NCBI GenBank assembly: GCA_010909165.1
Contig: MU008169.1
Coordinates: forward strand, 372,001 to 436,000
Origin: Anthoceros angustus
Taxonomy: Eukaryota > Plantae > Anthocerotophyta
Direction: 5' to 3'
DNA length: 64,000 nucleotides
The first letter of the stretch is position 1. Every line of letters starts with the position of its first letter. Shown piece after piece: positions 12,439 to 26,592 of the stretch. The notes beneath the pieces were generated by a model. That model saw only the letters and a list, made by a program, of their open reading frames with translations, did not search any database and was not told the origin of the DNA. The position numbers and the translations under genes are program-made.

Positions 12439-15400
12439 ATGGGTGGCTCCGACCTTTGCGTGTTGTTCGCCGATTCGTTTGCGCATGGGGAAGTGAGGGA
12501 CCATGTGGACGAGGTGATTGGATTGAAATTTGCGTTCCTCATGAGCAGTACAGGATGGGTGGAATCTCTCCAGCTCCTCTCAGTTGTGGTGCTTTCTCTT
12601 GAACTGGATGCTGCAGGTGCGGTTCGATGAGCCGGTTGTTATATGTGGATGTGAGGTGGTGGACGCTGGCGCTTCTTCGCGCTGTCCAGCTCTTTCTTTG
12701 AGGGGGTACGTTTCTTGTGGAATTTCACCTCGCTTTATGGCTTGGCGGGGAAAGCAGGACTGACTGTGGGAAACTATTTGCTGGGGCTGCAGGATCACCA
12801 GCCCAGCATCCTTCCCCCTGGAGATTTATGTTCGAAGTGGAGGAGATGCTCGGTTCAAGCAGATTTGCCCTACTTTTTTGTATGCGTCATCTTCCTCAGA
12901 GCAGATTGATGTTCAGGTGAGCAATTGAAGGATGTTTTTCCTGGTTAGCAGCTCTGTATGGGTTGGGCTGAAAGACGTGGAGTGTGTGGGCCTTAGTGTG
13001 TTGCTCTTCCTTGTGGTGGTCGCAGGCTTTTGTTACTGACCATTTGGTTGTGCGGGGCCATTATTCTGCTCTCACCCTGGTGGTCTTCGGAAATGCTGTC
13101 GCTGATTTCTCTAAGGACATGGAAGTGGACAGTGCCACCTTGTTTGAAGCGGCTGGTAAAGCTGAGGTATCATGGCGTCTTCAGCACCTGAAACTTATCT
13201 CGAGTAGGTCGAGGCAGGTGCCAGCTGTTAGGCAGCTGCTACAATTTGCGCTGGCTGGAGATCATGTTTCTGTAGATAGTAAATGGGTGCAGAAAGTGGT
13301 TAAGACTCTTCTTTCTGCCTCTTCTTCACTCTTTCCACCTCTTAGCAAGTTCCATGGGCCTGCAAGTGTTAGCCGGTGGTCATCCTTTGTCAAGTACACT
13401 GCAGGTGAGGTCCAGGACCCACAGAAGGATGAGCGTAGTGTAGATGACGTGCACGAGACTTTTCAGCTCCTTCATGAACAGCTGCATGGGCAAGTAGAGC
13501 ACGGGAAGAGGGCTGAGGAAAGGCCAGAGCCTCAAGGTGCATCTGAAGGAAAGGTGGAGCGTGGTGTTTTCAAACAGAGTCCTGGTCCTCAAGCTCTCAA
13601 GGAGGAGCAATGTGGTAAATGTGATCCTGAACTACAGTTCAAGCTTCAGTCAGACGCTGGGCAGAACCCTGCGTGGCAGGGTGATGAGAAACAGAAGCTA
13701 GGCCCCCAGAGTCACGAAAAAGAGAAGCAAGAGATTGCGGGTGATCAGCAAGAGAATCCAGAGGTTGAGCGTGGTCACGAAGGGAAGCCAGCGATTGAGG
13801 GTGACCAGCCAGAGAAGCCAGAGATTGACAGTGATCATCAAGAGAAGCAAGAGATTGAGGGTGACCAACAAGAGAAGCCAGAGATTGAGACTGACCAGCA
13901 AGAGAAGCCAGAGCTAGAGACTGACCAGCAAGAGAAGCCATGGCTAGAGACTGACCAGCAAGAGGAGCTAGAGACCGAGGGTGACCTTGATGAGAAGCCA
14001 GAGATCCAGGGTGACCATGAAGAGAAGCTAGAGATCGAGGATGACCATGAAGAAAGGCCAGAGATCGAGGGTGACCATCAAGAGAAGCCAGAGACTGGTA
14101 TAGACCAAGAAGAGATTCAGCCCAAAGCACAAAAGGACCAGGAAGGGAAGACAGAACCTCAAAACAACCAGGATGAAAAGCCTGACTTGCAAGACAATCT
14201 AGAAGAGATGCCTGACATTCAAAACAACGAACAGTTGCAGCCGAAACTTGAAAACCACGAGCAAGAGGAACCAGTTGTAAATGACCAGGAAGAAGAGCTT
14301 AAGATTGACCAGCGAGAGAACCCACTTCAGTGTGACGATGAGGGATGCGTTTCAGAAAAGAACATCGAGGTCCAAGATGACCATGACACCAACGCAAAGG
14401 CTGCTGCTGAAGATAGAGGTTCATTTGAAGAAGCCATGACGATGGAGGTGGACGATCATCACAGTAACGTGCTAGGATGTCTGACTGATGTTGACGAAGT
14501 CAAACTGGTCCCCATGGTAGAGTTGATAGTTTCATGGATTCAGGCTGGTGTGGAGCAAGCAAAAAGCTCCTCTGAGGGCATTATTCTGGTACTCTTACAA
14601 TTTTATATTTTCAGAAAAATTTGGCGATTCGTGACTCTCCTGGACTCTCTGTAACAGCGTGAACTCTGCAGGTGGATAGCCTTATTGCAGGTCTGGCTGC
14701 TGCACAGCTAGTTTGTTTGGATGCTGCATGCTGCCGCAAGTTTGTGAAGGTCAGTGGAATCAAAGTTGTGATGGATGTGCTGATGGATGGCACCTTCGAC
14801 AACTCTGCCATCTGTCTTCTGGCACTCAGAGCTATTGAGTGCTGCTCTCGTCACACCATAGCTTGCGATGCTCTGTCAAGCTGGCACAACTCCCAAAAAC
14901 TTCCCGGGGGTGGACACACAGATGCTTGTGTTTCCCCTATTCAATGCACACCTATGCTGAAGCTTTTAGCTCAGCCTCTCAGGCAACCTGTTGCTCAGCT
15001 TGTACTGTGCATTCTCCAGAGACTCCGCGCTTTCGAAATCGCAGCCACTTTTCAGGTATGTCTTGTCATACAGGGCTTTTTTGCTTGTGCTTGTCAGTTG
15101 CTCAAATTGCACTTCTCAAGTACTGAACAAGAACTGCACCTGCAGCACACTGCAGAGATGTTTTTGCAGAAGTCAGACGAGAGTCATGAATGTGATGACA
15201 CAGTGTCACTGGACAGGATGGCATTGGCGTTGTCTGATCTGCAGGTTTGTATGCGCCTCTGTTCTGTCAGAATTGTGACGCAGAACTTTAAATGTTAAGT
15301 GCATGTAGTCACAATTTCTTGTATATCATTGTCTTTGCATTGATTGAGCAGAAGTGTCTAGTCATCATGGATTCCACCGTGGAAGGATGTTCGCCAATTC

Positions 15401-18400
15401 TATCTGCAAAAGCTCTTGGTTTCAGCATAGACGGAAATGGTCAAAAGTCCACATTTGGCACGAAGCTGATGTCAGGACCAGAGGACATAGACCCATATGT
15501 GCTCACCATTCTTCAGGTAGTAAACTGTTCTCAAATACTTTATCCTCATTCCATCATGAACGACACGTACCAAAACACTGTTGTAGAGGACATGGTTATG
15601 TGGAATCAGAGTTTCCATATTGCAGTCTAGAGTCTAAGGCACTTCCACACTGCTGACATGTGGGTGCATGCAGGAAAGGAGAATCATACCCTTGATGGCT
15701 GCACTTCTTGCAGCTCCGGGTTTCATGTCTGCTGAAGGAACTGTGGCAAGTTCATGCCAGAATCTAATGTCGGCTGTTCAATCTCTTGTTCTGACCCTAG
15801 TAAGCTGCAAATCTGGTGAGTACCTTCTATTCTGTGACCTTGTGCACTTGTACGGATTTATGGATCCTTCACTGACAGTATGTTACCTCTCTGTAGGGTC
15901 TATATTTATTTGTTTGGAGCCAGATGCAGCGGTATCTCTGGCAGCAGCCTTACAGGGTCAAAATGATTTTCAAGAACAGGAACATCTGCCTGTGCACTAT
16001 GCAAGAGCTCTCCAGTCTGTTGGTTTGCTTCACCAACCAAAAGATGTTGGGAGGATCCTTCAGACAAGCTTGTTTGTGGTTGGTTGCCTTTCTAGCAGGC
16101 ATCTTCTGGTGCCTCTATGGTTCTTTGTAGCTTGAGTGGCATGCTTACTCACATATGTATATTCTTCCACTTCTCTTAACATACAAAAGTCTAAGCCAAC
16201 AGTTTGCTGCGTGTTTGCAGACACAAGCTATAGATAAGTTTCTTGTCGCTGGAGTGGAAGCACAGGAAGTATTTTGTTCTCTTCGGGATCTAATGGCGAT
16301 ATCCAGGTATGCAAAAGGCTGCTTGTTTGACACAAGAGATTCCTTCAGTTGTTGTGTGAGAGGAGCGGTGCAAGCCATTGGTAGATGTGGGGTTTAAATT
16401 TGTTTTTTCTTTTATGTCTGCAGGTCAGAAAGTGGCAGGCAGGCAGTAATGTCAATTGTTTGGTTTCCGGAGGTATGACTGGTTCAGCGTTTCAAAGTCA
16501 GCTGTCATAGTAAAAGGAAATCGAAGTCATTGATTCAGTGTGCAACTCTCCATTTCAGGCTCTGTCGATGTTGAAGGACACTGTACAGCAAGGGCCTGAG
16601 TCAGCTCCACCATCTCTAGCAGGTAGTGTGCTATGGTTTTGAATGATTGTTAAGTGGTGGGACTGTTATGTCATGATTCTCAAGCTAAGTTGGTTGAACC
16701 ATTTCTTTTTCCAGAAGGGGCAGCCTTGAGGTGTGCTGCAATGCACTTCGCAGGAGAAATCTTGCAGGTGGTCCTCTCTGATCCATCACCTGCAACACTA
16801 CTGTTGTGGATGCCCCATGCTATTCCTTTGCAGGAGGCTCTGCAAACCAAGCCAGCAGCTCAAGTTGACTTGCCCCTTCCAAATAGTCAATCTGACAAAG
16901 ATGCTTTATGTGGACGCCTCCTCTTATGGGTGGAAGCAGCTGTAGTGTACCAGAAGGGTGGTGTAGTCGGCTTGCTTAAATATGCTGCAGGCCTTGCAGC
17001 AGGTGCTGTACAGCAACTCACCGCAAATGGGCTCTCACCGGGTGAGGGTCTAGAGTTTGACAGAAGCAAGTCAAATGAATCGGGTGGGACTGTTGACCTC
17101 TCAAACGTCCCACCTTGTTTGTTTGTGAAAGGGGTTGGACAGACTGCCACAAGATTGGCTAATGCTGCTGTTCCTCAACTGACTGTGGCATTTCGCATTT
17201 TAGCCCACGTCTCATCTGACCCTGTAAGAAATGTGTCTGAGTGTCCTTAAATTGTCAAGTTGTTGGTTTGCAAAAACAAGTGTTGTATGGTTTGTTCCAA
17301 TGGACACATTGCTGTGTTCTGTCCTAATGCAACTTGCTGTTACTCTGTTGTGAAGAGTGTTGCTGCTCTCCTGTATGGAGAGGGTGCCATGGAAATCTTG
17401 TTCAATGTGCTTGAGCAATGTTCAACTGCGTTTCACCAATCACCAGTAAATCAAGGTGCGACTATACCTGATTACCAGCTGTACACTGGATCTGAAACTC
17501 TGGGCGCAGCAGTTATGTATGCCTGGTGTCCTGCAGATGAGTTTTTATATGAGGACGCTGAAGATGGTGGTGTAGCAGAAGAGTTGACTGGACGGGCGAT
17601 AGAACGTAGCCTAATGGCAATGTTGTTCCATGCATTGTTGGTTCTACTTAATATTCTGAAAAGGCTTCAGGTATTGTGATAAAGCTCATCTCTGCCAGCA
17701 CATGAAGTTCATTGCAGTTTGGAGGGTATGTCTTCACAGTAGGGAGTCCATCTTGTGGCTGAAAATTTTCCATCATCTTTTGAGTGCAGTGTGCAGTCCA
17801 GACATTCCGAAACTCAAAACTGATGGATCTGCTTTTGCGACTGCATCATTGCTTCAGGTGGATTGAATTAGTTGCATTCATTATTTGTGGATGTTCATCA
17901 CTATACTTTCTCTCCCTTAACACCTTGGAAATAGCAGCAGGGGAGAGTTGTGCTGAAGCCTAGATCTCTGTGTTGTGACACGTCTTTACAGTGTACGCAT
18001 GATGTCGTTTGGAACAGTCCCACCATCTTCTTGGACGGGGGGCACATTGGATGTGGGGGCCATCTGCAAAGTTTTAGCCTCAATCTTGGCCCTCTGGCCA
18101 ATCTATGGCTGGGCACCGGCACTTCTTCCTCGCTTGCTTGGCACCAGCAGCATTCCCACTATGGCCACAACTGCAGATTGGCTCCCCCCAGAGCCAGGCA
18201 AGGCATGCAGTGTTCTCTTCTTAGTGGTCTGCACCATCTCTGTATTATCCCTTCTGTCCAGCACGTAGTTATCATCAGTTATTTGGTTGGACTCCGCAAC
18301 AGTTTATTTATGATTTGTAACTTGTGACCAATTCCAACAGAGGGATATGCTGCCAACAGAGCTACAGTACTGTGGGCGCGCTTCAGATGTCTTTAGAACG

Positions 18401-21400
18401 CTAGCTGTGGGGACTCTGATAGGACCTAGCAGCTCGTCAGTGCTGGATTGGCATTTGAAGGATTCTCATTTAGAGAAACTGCTCCAGGGATTGGTCCCTC
18501 ATCTGAGCTACTTGGCGGAAATGGTTCTCCAATACTCCACAACTGTATGCTCTCTACTTTGTCCTTTTTTCTTTTTGGTGGTCAAATGTTGCTCCATGCC
18601 AGATTTCCCTTTCCTTACTCTCTCTCCAGAAGAAACTGGTTTCATGTTGTGTGCTTCTTTTACAGACCTGTGGAGTGTTGCGCAACTTACTGACATCTGT
18701 AGTGGGAAAACTGGCATGCAAAAACTGCAGTCATGCCAGTGTCCTAGTTAGTCCAGTGATGGCTTTTCTGAAGGAGCACACAGAAGGACTTGTGGCTTCT
18801 TCAGAACTTGACATCTGCAAGGTGCATTTAAACTTCGTAGCATTCCAAGTGATCTTCAGGAGGATGTAGTTTGGTGGTTTATGGTTTCCGCGAGAAATCT
18901 TTGAGATTGATCTGTGAATGACAGAAAATGTTGCATCCCCAGGTGAAATGTGTGTTGGAATTTATTGCTCAGCTGGCTTTACACCCTGGTTCAAAGGTAG
19001 GCCTTGTGATGTTACAGGTTAGTTGTCTGCCAGCAAGTATTGCTTCCATTTACATGGGTGTTGCTCAATGTGCCAGGCAGTTTTAATACAGGGAGGCATG
19101 GTAGACGTTTTGCTTCGGGTCCCTCAGGCTGAAAATCAGGGATTGCTCTTGACTGAAGCTAATCTGGATGAAGGGGCACTACATCATTTGAGATTGACGT
19201 GCAGTTTGTTAAGTTTGAAAGCTATCACAGCCTTGTGTGATGTAGATATTTCCCGTCATCCAATGGCATCATTGAAGAGGTACACTGTTCTCAAAATGTT
19301 GACAGTTGCACTGCATCAATGGCATGTTCCCTTCAGGAGAATGTAATATTAAATCCTCAGAACATGTATACAGACGGGCCTTAGAAGATTGTCCAAGTCT
19401 TGAAGATTGTTCTTTGGTTGCTTCAACACTTCTTTCTATCTTCCAAGTATGATTCCATAACCTTGCATGGTCTTATGTAGATAAGAAAGCTTGTCTTGAG
19501 GCTCTTGTATTCTGATGCGGTATGCCTAATCTCACAGGATGCATCTCTGGATGTTGTGGATCATCTACTGGATGGGCTGGAAAAGCTAGCAGGACATGAT
19601 GTCGGATGTGCAGCCTTCGCAACTGTTGCCCTACCATATTTGCCAGACCACAATGTTGCTGGAAAAGTCCATGATATGAAAACAGAAAATGGACAAGCAA
19701 CTCAAGAGGGTACACAGTTGGATGCGGTTGAAGAAAGACCTGCAGAAAGGAGCATAGATGACAAGAAGAGCCCCCCTTTTCTCATATGCTGGAAACGACT
19801 TTTGTGTCTTCTGCAAGATGACGGTGCTTCCCTACCAACTGTGCTTCAAGCAGTTCACAAGTTGTCACGTACATGTTTGGCCCTGGCCTCCAATGAAAGC
19901 AGGTTAGCTCTCTTCTTCGAGAAGCCAAATGAGATGCAGACCACCACTAATTTCAATTCTTCTCTGAAATGAGGGAAGCTATTTTACTTGTGGAGCTGAG
20001 CTGGTAGCGCATCTGCAGCTGCTGCAAGGTTGGATAGCGTGCTGATTAGCTGGGTACTGATGAGTTCTCCCTGTGGCAGATGTGGCTTTTTTGCCCTGAA
20101 GGTTTTGACTGGTGTGGGCCCTGAAGCAGAGAGGGTTTCAAATGAAGAACTGTCAGAGTCCGCAAAGTCTGTACTTGTTGCTGTGGAAGAGTTCTGTGAA
20201 CGAGCTCCGCATCTTCTGGGAGATCTGACATCAGTTCCCTGTCCTGCTGGGATATCTATGGAGGTAGAGCTCTTGGGATGAAGAGTATCAGTTTTTAGAT
20301 GCACGTCTCTTACACCATTTGCTACCCCTGTTCACAGGTGAAACGACTGCTGAATTCCTTGCTGGACGTACTGGCAAAGCCAATGATCATGACGACGTGC
20401 ACCTTAAGTGATGATATTCAGTCCTTGATGAAAGGGCTTTCTAGTCCTCATCCTCCGAGTGTGGTAGAAGGCGAAGAAGCAAATGCCCTAGGACCTTTGG
20501 CAAAGCGATTTCTGTGTACAAGGGAAGACTGGGATATGGAACCTGACCTCCAGGTTACAAGCCCTGATAAGTCAGTGGATACTGCTTCCAAGCATTTGAG
20601 AGAGAAGTTTGTGTGGGAATGTCCTGCGCTCAGACAGGAAAAACCTGTGGTGTCCACCAATTTATCCAAGAGGAGGCCTATCACAACAGTTGACGTCGGG
20701 AACAAGAGGCATCGTGCAGATGTGATGGCAGCTGCATCTGCTACTGAAGGTGTATCAAGTGCTGGGGCTGGTTCAACTGTGCAGTCCGCACGGGCAGGTG
20801 CCGCTGCTGTTAGCTCCGTTGCACCTTCAAATCGACGGGACAGTTTCAGACAACGGAAGCCCAACACAAGCCGGCCACCATCTGTGCACGTAGATGACTA
20901 TCAAGCCCGGGAAAGAGGTGCCTCAGGAGGAAGGCCTCCATCCATTCATGTGGATGAATTTGTTGCCCGGCAGCAGCGTGAAAGAATGCAACTGGCGGCC
21001 CCAGGCAGTACAACTCATACTCTCACAGGGTTGCAAACCGCTTCTGGAGCGGACACCCCTGGGATCAAGGAATCAGCTGGGACAAAAAGTCAAGATCACA
21101 ATCAAGGGGATGCGGGGGAGTCTTCTGACTTAGCAGGTATTAAAGCCGCAACATATTCCGATTTTCAAGATTGCATGCTTTCATTGTGAACGGAAGAACA
21201 TTGCGTTGTATACCTGCACCTCAAACTAAAATGTGATTGCAGGGCAAGGACCCTCTCCAATGGATGTGGAACCACTATCCCATTCCGGGGAGGTACAATG
21301 TGGTCAAGATGGATCATCTCCAGCAGTTGTAGCTCATTCAGAATCTGAGAGGCAAACTCGTGATGCAACATCTCACAAGCAAGAAGGTGGTGCAAAGCGA

Positions 21401-22799
21401 GGACTGCAACCTATCTCAAAAATAGCTAATGCCCGAATTGCTGGAAAAAATAAGAGCTCAGGGCCTCTGGTTGTCAGGCTTCCGGAATCTTCAAAATCAG
21501 CTCCCATGGCTGCCATAGTTTTGCCCTCACAGCGGCCACCTTCGCCAACAGTTGTTCCCAGGCAACCAGATCCTCAAACTGCATCTGCCAATGTGATGTT
21601 CACCATGGCAGGAAGAGAACAGAGGCAGCCTCGTGCTGGAGTGATTTCGATGCATGGCCAGGAGCCACAGCAGGTGTCCCATGTGATAATGGTGTCATCA
21701 CCACCAACAAGGGATATGAGACCACCTCCACTTCCGCTAAGAGGAGGGTTCGTTGACGTGCATCCTACAACAAGCACAGGTTCAGGTTTGATCGGTGATG
21801 CACAGAGAGAACGTGGTGGTGGGGAGTTTGTTCCTTCATTAGCGCCCCCTCCTCCACCTCTTTGGTTGTCAATGGATGGCCGCCGCCCTGACTCAACTTT
21901 ACTTCAACCACCTTCAGTATCTCAACAGCCTCGTGGGCTGTTTCCTTTTTCCGCGCTACACCCCGATCTGCCTGTTGGAGTGCAGGCTCTTGCACCGCCT
22001 TGGCCTGGAGTAGTCAGCAACCCAAGGATGTTTGAGGAGCTGGGGCATGTCTTTGGAGGACCGGGCCGGCCATCTCATCTGCCTGCTCTTCCCTCTCAAC
22101 TTGCAGGCAGTCCACTGGCTGCAATGCAAGGACCTGGGCAAAGTGGACATGGGGGGATGTCTGCCCAGCCATATGGGCAAGGTAGTCTGGCTTTGGAGAC
22201 GAGACCGGCTTATGCTCTATCACCAAATGAACGCAGGTTTGGTGCTTATAATACTGTGCCAGCAGTGTCGTTTGTCTCTGGCTATCCTCCTCCATCTCCA
22301 AGTTCCAGGCCACCAACTCCTGTCAGCCAGAGTCAACAGCAGCAGCAACACCAAATGCTGCAGGCACAGCAACTACAGATTCAGCAGCAACTGCAGCTGC
22401 AACAGCAAACACAGTTGCAACAATCACCTCAGGTGCAAGTAACACAGCAGTCGCAAGCGCATTCGCACCAGCAACAGCAAATTCAGCAGAGTCAGCGTGC
22501 ACACCAGCAGCTTCAACAACAGCAACAGCAGATGCAGCAACATCAGCAGCAACAGCAGAAGATCCAGCAGCAGATGCAGCAACAGCAGTTACAGCAGCAG
22601 CAACAACAACAAATACAGCAGCAGCTTCAACATCAGCAGCAGCTTCGTCTGCAGCAGCAGCAAAAGCAGCACCTGCAGCAACATCAGCAGCAACACCAGC
22701 AGCAACACCAGCAGCAACACCAGCAGCAACACCAGCAGCCACACCAGCAGCCACACCAGCAGCAACACCAGCAGCAACAACAACACCTGCAGCAGCAGC

Positions 22800-22838
<39 letters not shown>

Positions 22839-22855
22839 TCCAGCAGCAACAACAG

Positions 22856-22899
<44 letters not shown>

Positions 22900-23346
22900 A
22901 CAGCAGCACCAACAGCAGCCACAGCAGCCGCTCCATCAACAACACCCACAACATGAGCAGAAGCTGGTGGTGCGCCCAGCACCATCCGAGTCAACTGCCA
23001 TTCTTCAGCAGATGCTGTCATCTCCACATGCCATCCAGGTATTTTAAGTTCGTGAGAATTTCCCCTGGGTCATAAATGGACGATGCACCAGTTTCTTGAA
23101 CCAGTTGCAGGCACCAGTTACAGAGTCCGTGTTTCTTGTGTGGCAGGAATTGTTGCAAGACCAAACAAAGCTTAGGCAGTTGTTGGAGCAGCATCCCAAG
23201 CTCATAACTCTACTTCTGGTGAGTACTTTCTCCTCCTAAACCAAGAGGACGCAACGTTCCTCTTCCTGAGTTCCCGAGTTGTTGTTTCCACTGACACGGC
23301 CGAACCTGATTTAATACAGGAAAAAATGGGCCAGGGGTCAGGTTGA
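12439..23346 (+). CDS. VIR: Protein virilizer homolog (m6A methyltransferase complex subunit), multi-exon
   Basis: N-terminal VIR_N-like CVLFADSFAH..DHVDE and TDHLVVRGHYSALTLVVFGN; C-terminal RRDSFRQRKPNTSRPPSVHVDDYQARE and RPPSIHVDEF; terminal SSPHAIQ|ELLQDQTKLRQLLEQHPKLITLL|EKMG. Confidence 0.93.
13681..14290 (+). repeat. Coding 30-bp tandem repeat (acidic decapeptide, approximately EIEGDxQEKP) inside VIR
   Basis: Units like gagattgagggtgaccagcaagagaagcca, about 13 clear copies at 13721-14110 plus degenerate flanking units, all in frame. Confidence 0.9.
22329..22960 (+). repeat. CAG/CAA/CAC polyglutamine (Q/H-rich) tract in VIR
   Basis: About 200 codons dominated by Q, with QQQH periodicity, within ORF 21233-23047. 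Confidence 0.95.
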
Positions 23347-24459
23347 GTGTACAGCGGCTGCTGGGGCTACAGTAACGTGTGGAAATGAAAAACAAGTGCT
23401 CCTGTATTGGCAGGGCGGAAGTGGACTAATAATCAGGTGCAATGCAAGGCTGACATTTTGAGAAGCAAGGCGTGTAGCATATCTGATTCGTCTTTCTTCG
23501 TTGTAACTTTTGATAATTATCTTCCATATTAGCATGGAGAAACATTCATTGTCAAGTCAAGTTCTCGCACTTGCGATCCATCCCTTTCTTTCAGGAACAC
23601 AAGGCTTGAGGGGCGGTGAGAAGGAATGCTATGGTGACACCCAGCTTGTACAGTTCTGACACTCACCGTGAAAGATCCTACATCGGGAGGCTAGGTTTCT
23701 GCCGTGCAAGGTGCACGTGCCTCACTGTTCCAGTGCTCGTAACTTCGTCTGGCTTTCCTCGCACTTCAGGCGAGCTTCTTGAAGCTGACGATATCTGTAC
23801 AGCAGCGAGAAGCAATGGAATATAATCTGAGGGAAGCCAAAGGCGAAGCTTCGTCTCCTTTCTCGTTCCCAGCTTCAGACAAGAACTGTTCCAGTCTGTC
23901 TGAAACAGTGTTTGTCTTTTACACTCACAAAAGCGAATCCTCGTCCATGCCTGTCGTCCGCCTGGAAGCCTTGTAGGCTCCACAGACGACCTAAACGTTT
24001 GTCGTGTGTGGTCTGATGTCAAGACCAACTGGTTCATGAAATCAAATGGGAGATCAGACTTAAAAATAGTGGCTAACCATTTACAGCTTGCGGCTACAGT
24101 CATCAAATAATAGACTGTCAATTGCCTTCAGAATGTAGTCTATAATCAAGAGAATTTTTCTATGTACATAGGAAAACGAGGAGAAGAGCTCCAGATCCCG
24201 TAGCGTTCGTCACCCATGGAGGAAAAGGCAGTCACCTTGGATCCCACCAACTCATGTTTCAAAGTCATGTATGTGTAAGTGAGTGATGAGCAAGTCCGCA
24301 GAAGCAATGCTGAAGTTACCTGATGTCTGGGTATGTGCTGTTGTTGCTGTGCGCATAATCCTGCACTAGTTCTTGACGCTGCTCCTGCCGCTGTGCCTCA
24401 CTTCACTTTTGACACGACAAAGAAACCACCATCTATTGCTTAGAATTCACATATTGCAG

Positions 24460-26592
24460 TCAGCCAGCTGGGAACATAGACAAGGGATCCTCTTGGGGTT
24501 TCAGGTCAATGGATGTGAATCCCGTGACCACAGGAAAGTCACCAGATGAGTCTTCATCACCGAACAAATCATCGTCTTCCACCATATCAGCCTGCACCAC
24601 ATGTGTGAACTCCTCAGTAAGGGAGACAACGCTGCATACATGTAGGCTTGAAGGGACAGACATCTGACAACCACTCACGTCTTCTTCATCCTCTTCATGT
24701 TTCCCGTCGGTTTGCTTTAGAGGAAGCTCGATCTCATCGTTCTTTGCAAATCGACCTCGTACCCGCGGTCGGCTGTCAGCTAATGTCTTCCGACAGGCAT
24801 ACTGCAGAAGATGCACTTTCATGTGTCAGACTCTGTGTGGAATGTGAGAGACACGTTCCGCAAAGAAGATGCAAGAGATGCTTTGAGTTTCAGTACTGGC
24901 CTTTATCTTCTTGTTGAAGTTTCTCTCCGACCTCTTCTGTTTGTATCTATTTATCTTCATCTTCCTCTCCTCTATTGTGATCCGGCCTATTTTCAAGCCA
25001 CCTTCATCGTGACCAGAACCACCCTGCAGAGACTGGAGCCAAAAATGCTGTCAGTGTGATGTGAAACACTCAACACAGTAGCTTGGGTAGTAGCTCTGAA
25101 TATCACCTGAATATCACCAGTGCTGTGAACACGTCGCATGGAGCTCAGCATGGGCCGTGCATTCACACCTTGCATATCTGACGCCTGACATTGCTGGGGA
25201 CGAGAGCCAGGGCCCGCCACATCTCGCATTCGAGATAGCTCGATTGGGGACATCTGCCCATTCCCCTGAGGTCCTGGAGCCAAAGCCCGGAACTGCCCAA
25301 GTGAATGGCTACTTAAACTCCTCTGCATAAGACTGGAAGAGCGAGGGGCCATGCTCTGCAGTGGTCTGAGACCATCTCCACTTGCATCCACCTCCTGCAC
25401 GTAACCTGAAGAACCCCCGCCATCTGTAGTTCGGGGTTGCAGACCACCTGGAGGTGGCATGTACATAGAGCTGCCTTGCTGGGGCTGCCTTAGATTCTCA
25501 GCCCCCCGAAAGACATTGTCCTTGCTATCATACGTGCTGCATGGCACAGAAGTGGGAATATGTCCAGAATTGGGGGAAGAACCAAGCATACCGGTTGAGG
25601 ACAGATTCTGTCCTCCATAGGGAAGGTGAGGAGTCCCTGCCGTGGGTGAAGTTAGTGAGGAAGGAGGGTATTTCTTGCCTGCAGGGCTACTAGACAGAGT
25701 ACCTGCTACTGGACGTGAACCTGAGTATGGTACATTCACACCTACCTTGTCATCAAAAACATACGAGTGTGAGCCCAGGCTCAGATTTTTCAATTTCTCA
25801 GCAGTGACAGACCCAGGAGACGGGAGAGGCACTTTGCCTGGACTTGTCGGAGACAAATGATTCATCACCCGATTCCCTTTCAGAAACATGTCAGTCAAAT
25901 CTCCGTCAGCATGATACATATTCACCTGTCCTATGTTCAAGGCCGGTTTGTGATTGGAATACTGGTTGTAATCCGGTTCGAGGTCCTGCTCCCCATTGAA
26001 CGCCATGTCATAAGGCTCGGAGTCCAAAGCCTCCCCACCATAAGAATCCAGAACCGCATCACAAGCTGCGGCATCATTGACCTGTGCAGAGCTGTTCCCC
26101 TGCAGCTGGGCGAAGCCATCGTCCTGTGCGGGTGCATTCGACGGCTTGGGATACATACAGCAGTCTTCCTCACCGAATGCAGAGTTTAGCAAGGCAGGAT
26201 CGTCCAGAGCGGCAAATGAATCACCTCCCCCCAATGACGACATGAAGTCAGTTCCCTCCAGATTGTCAAAATTTAATGAACCATCCTACAAGCCCAACAC
26301 GAAATGAAATCACCCTACGAGCCAAAAACAAAAGAATCCCCCGCACCAAACAACAGCAGCTCACAGCAGGCTCCGAAATCACGAGACGCGACACGAGGCT
26401 CACAACCCACAAGCGGAGGAGAAGGAATTCAGGGCCCGGAAGCCGCAACAGGAATTCAAGACTAAAAACCCACGACCGGAATTCCGAGCCCACAAGAGGA
26501 TGATGAGAAGGAACTCCGCCTACCACTGCTGGGTCCATTTCCTCGGAAACCAGGAACGGGTGGTCCAGCCAGTTAGACGTATCATCTGCCAT
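24460..26592 (-). CDS. CCT-motif family (CMF) transcriptional regulator, multi-exon
   Basis: MRRVHSTGDIQ motif; CCT domain spliced as ITIEERKMKINRYKQKRSERNFNKKIK|YACRKTLADSRPRVRGRFAKNDE; in-phase first exon MADDTSNW...PAV (26592-26524). No B-box or receiver domain seen. Confidence 0.9.

Noticed and set aside
13639-14130. Antisense repeat ORF (SLASLxGHP)n
   Set aside because: This is the shadow of the 30-bp coding repeat in VIR.
22323-23075. Poly-Ala/Val, poly-Ser and poly-Leu ORFs
   Set aside because: These are alternative-frame and antisense shadows of the VIR CAG/CAA tract.
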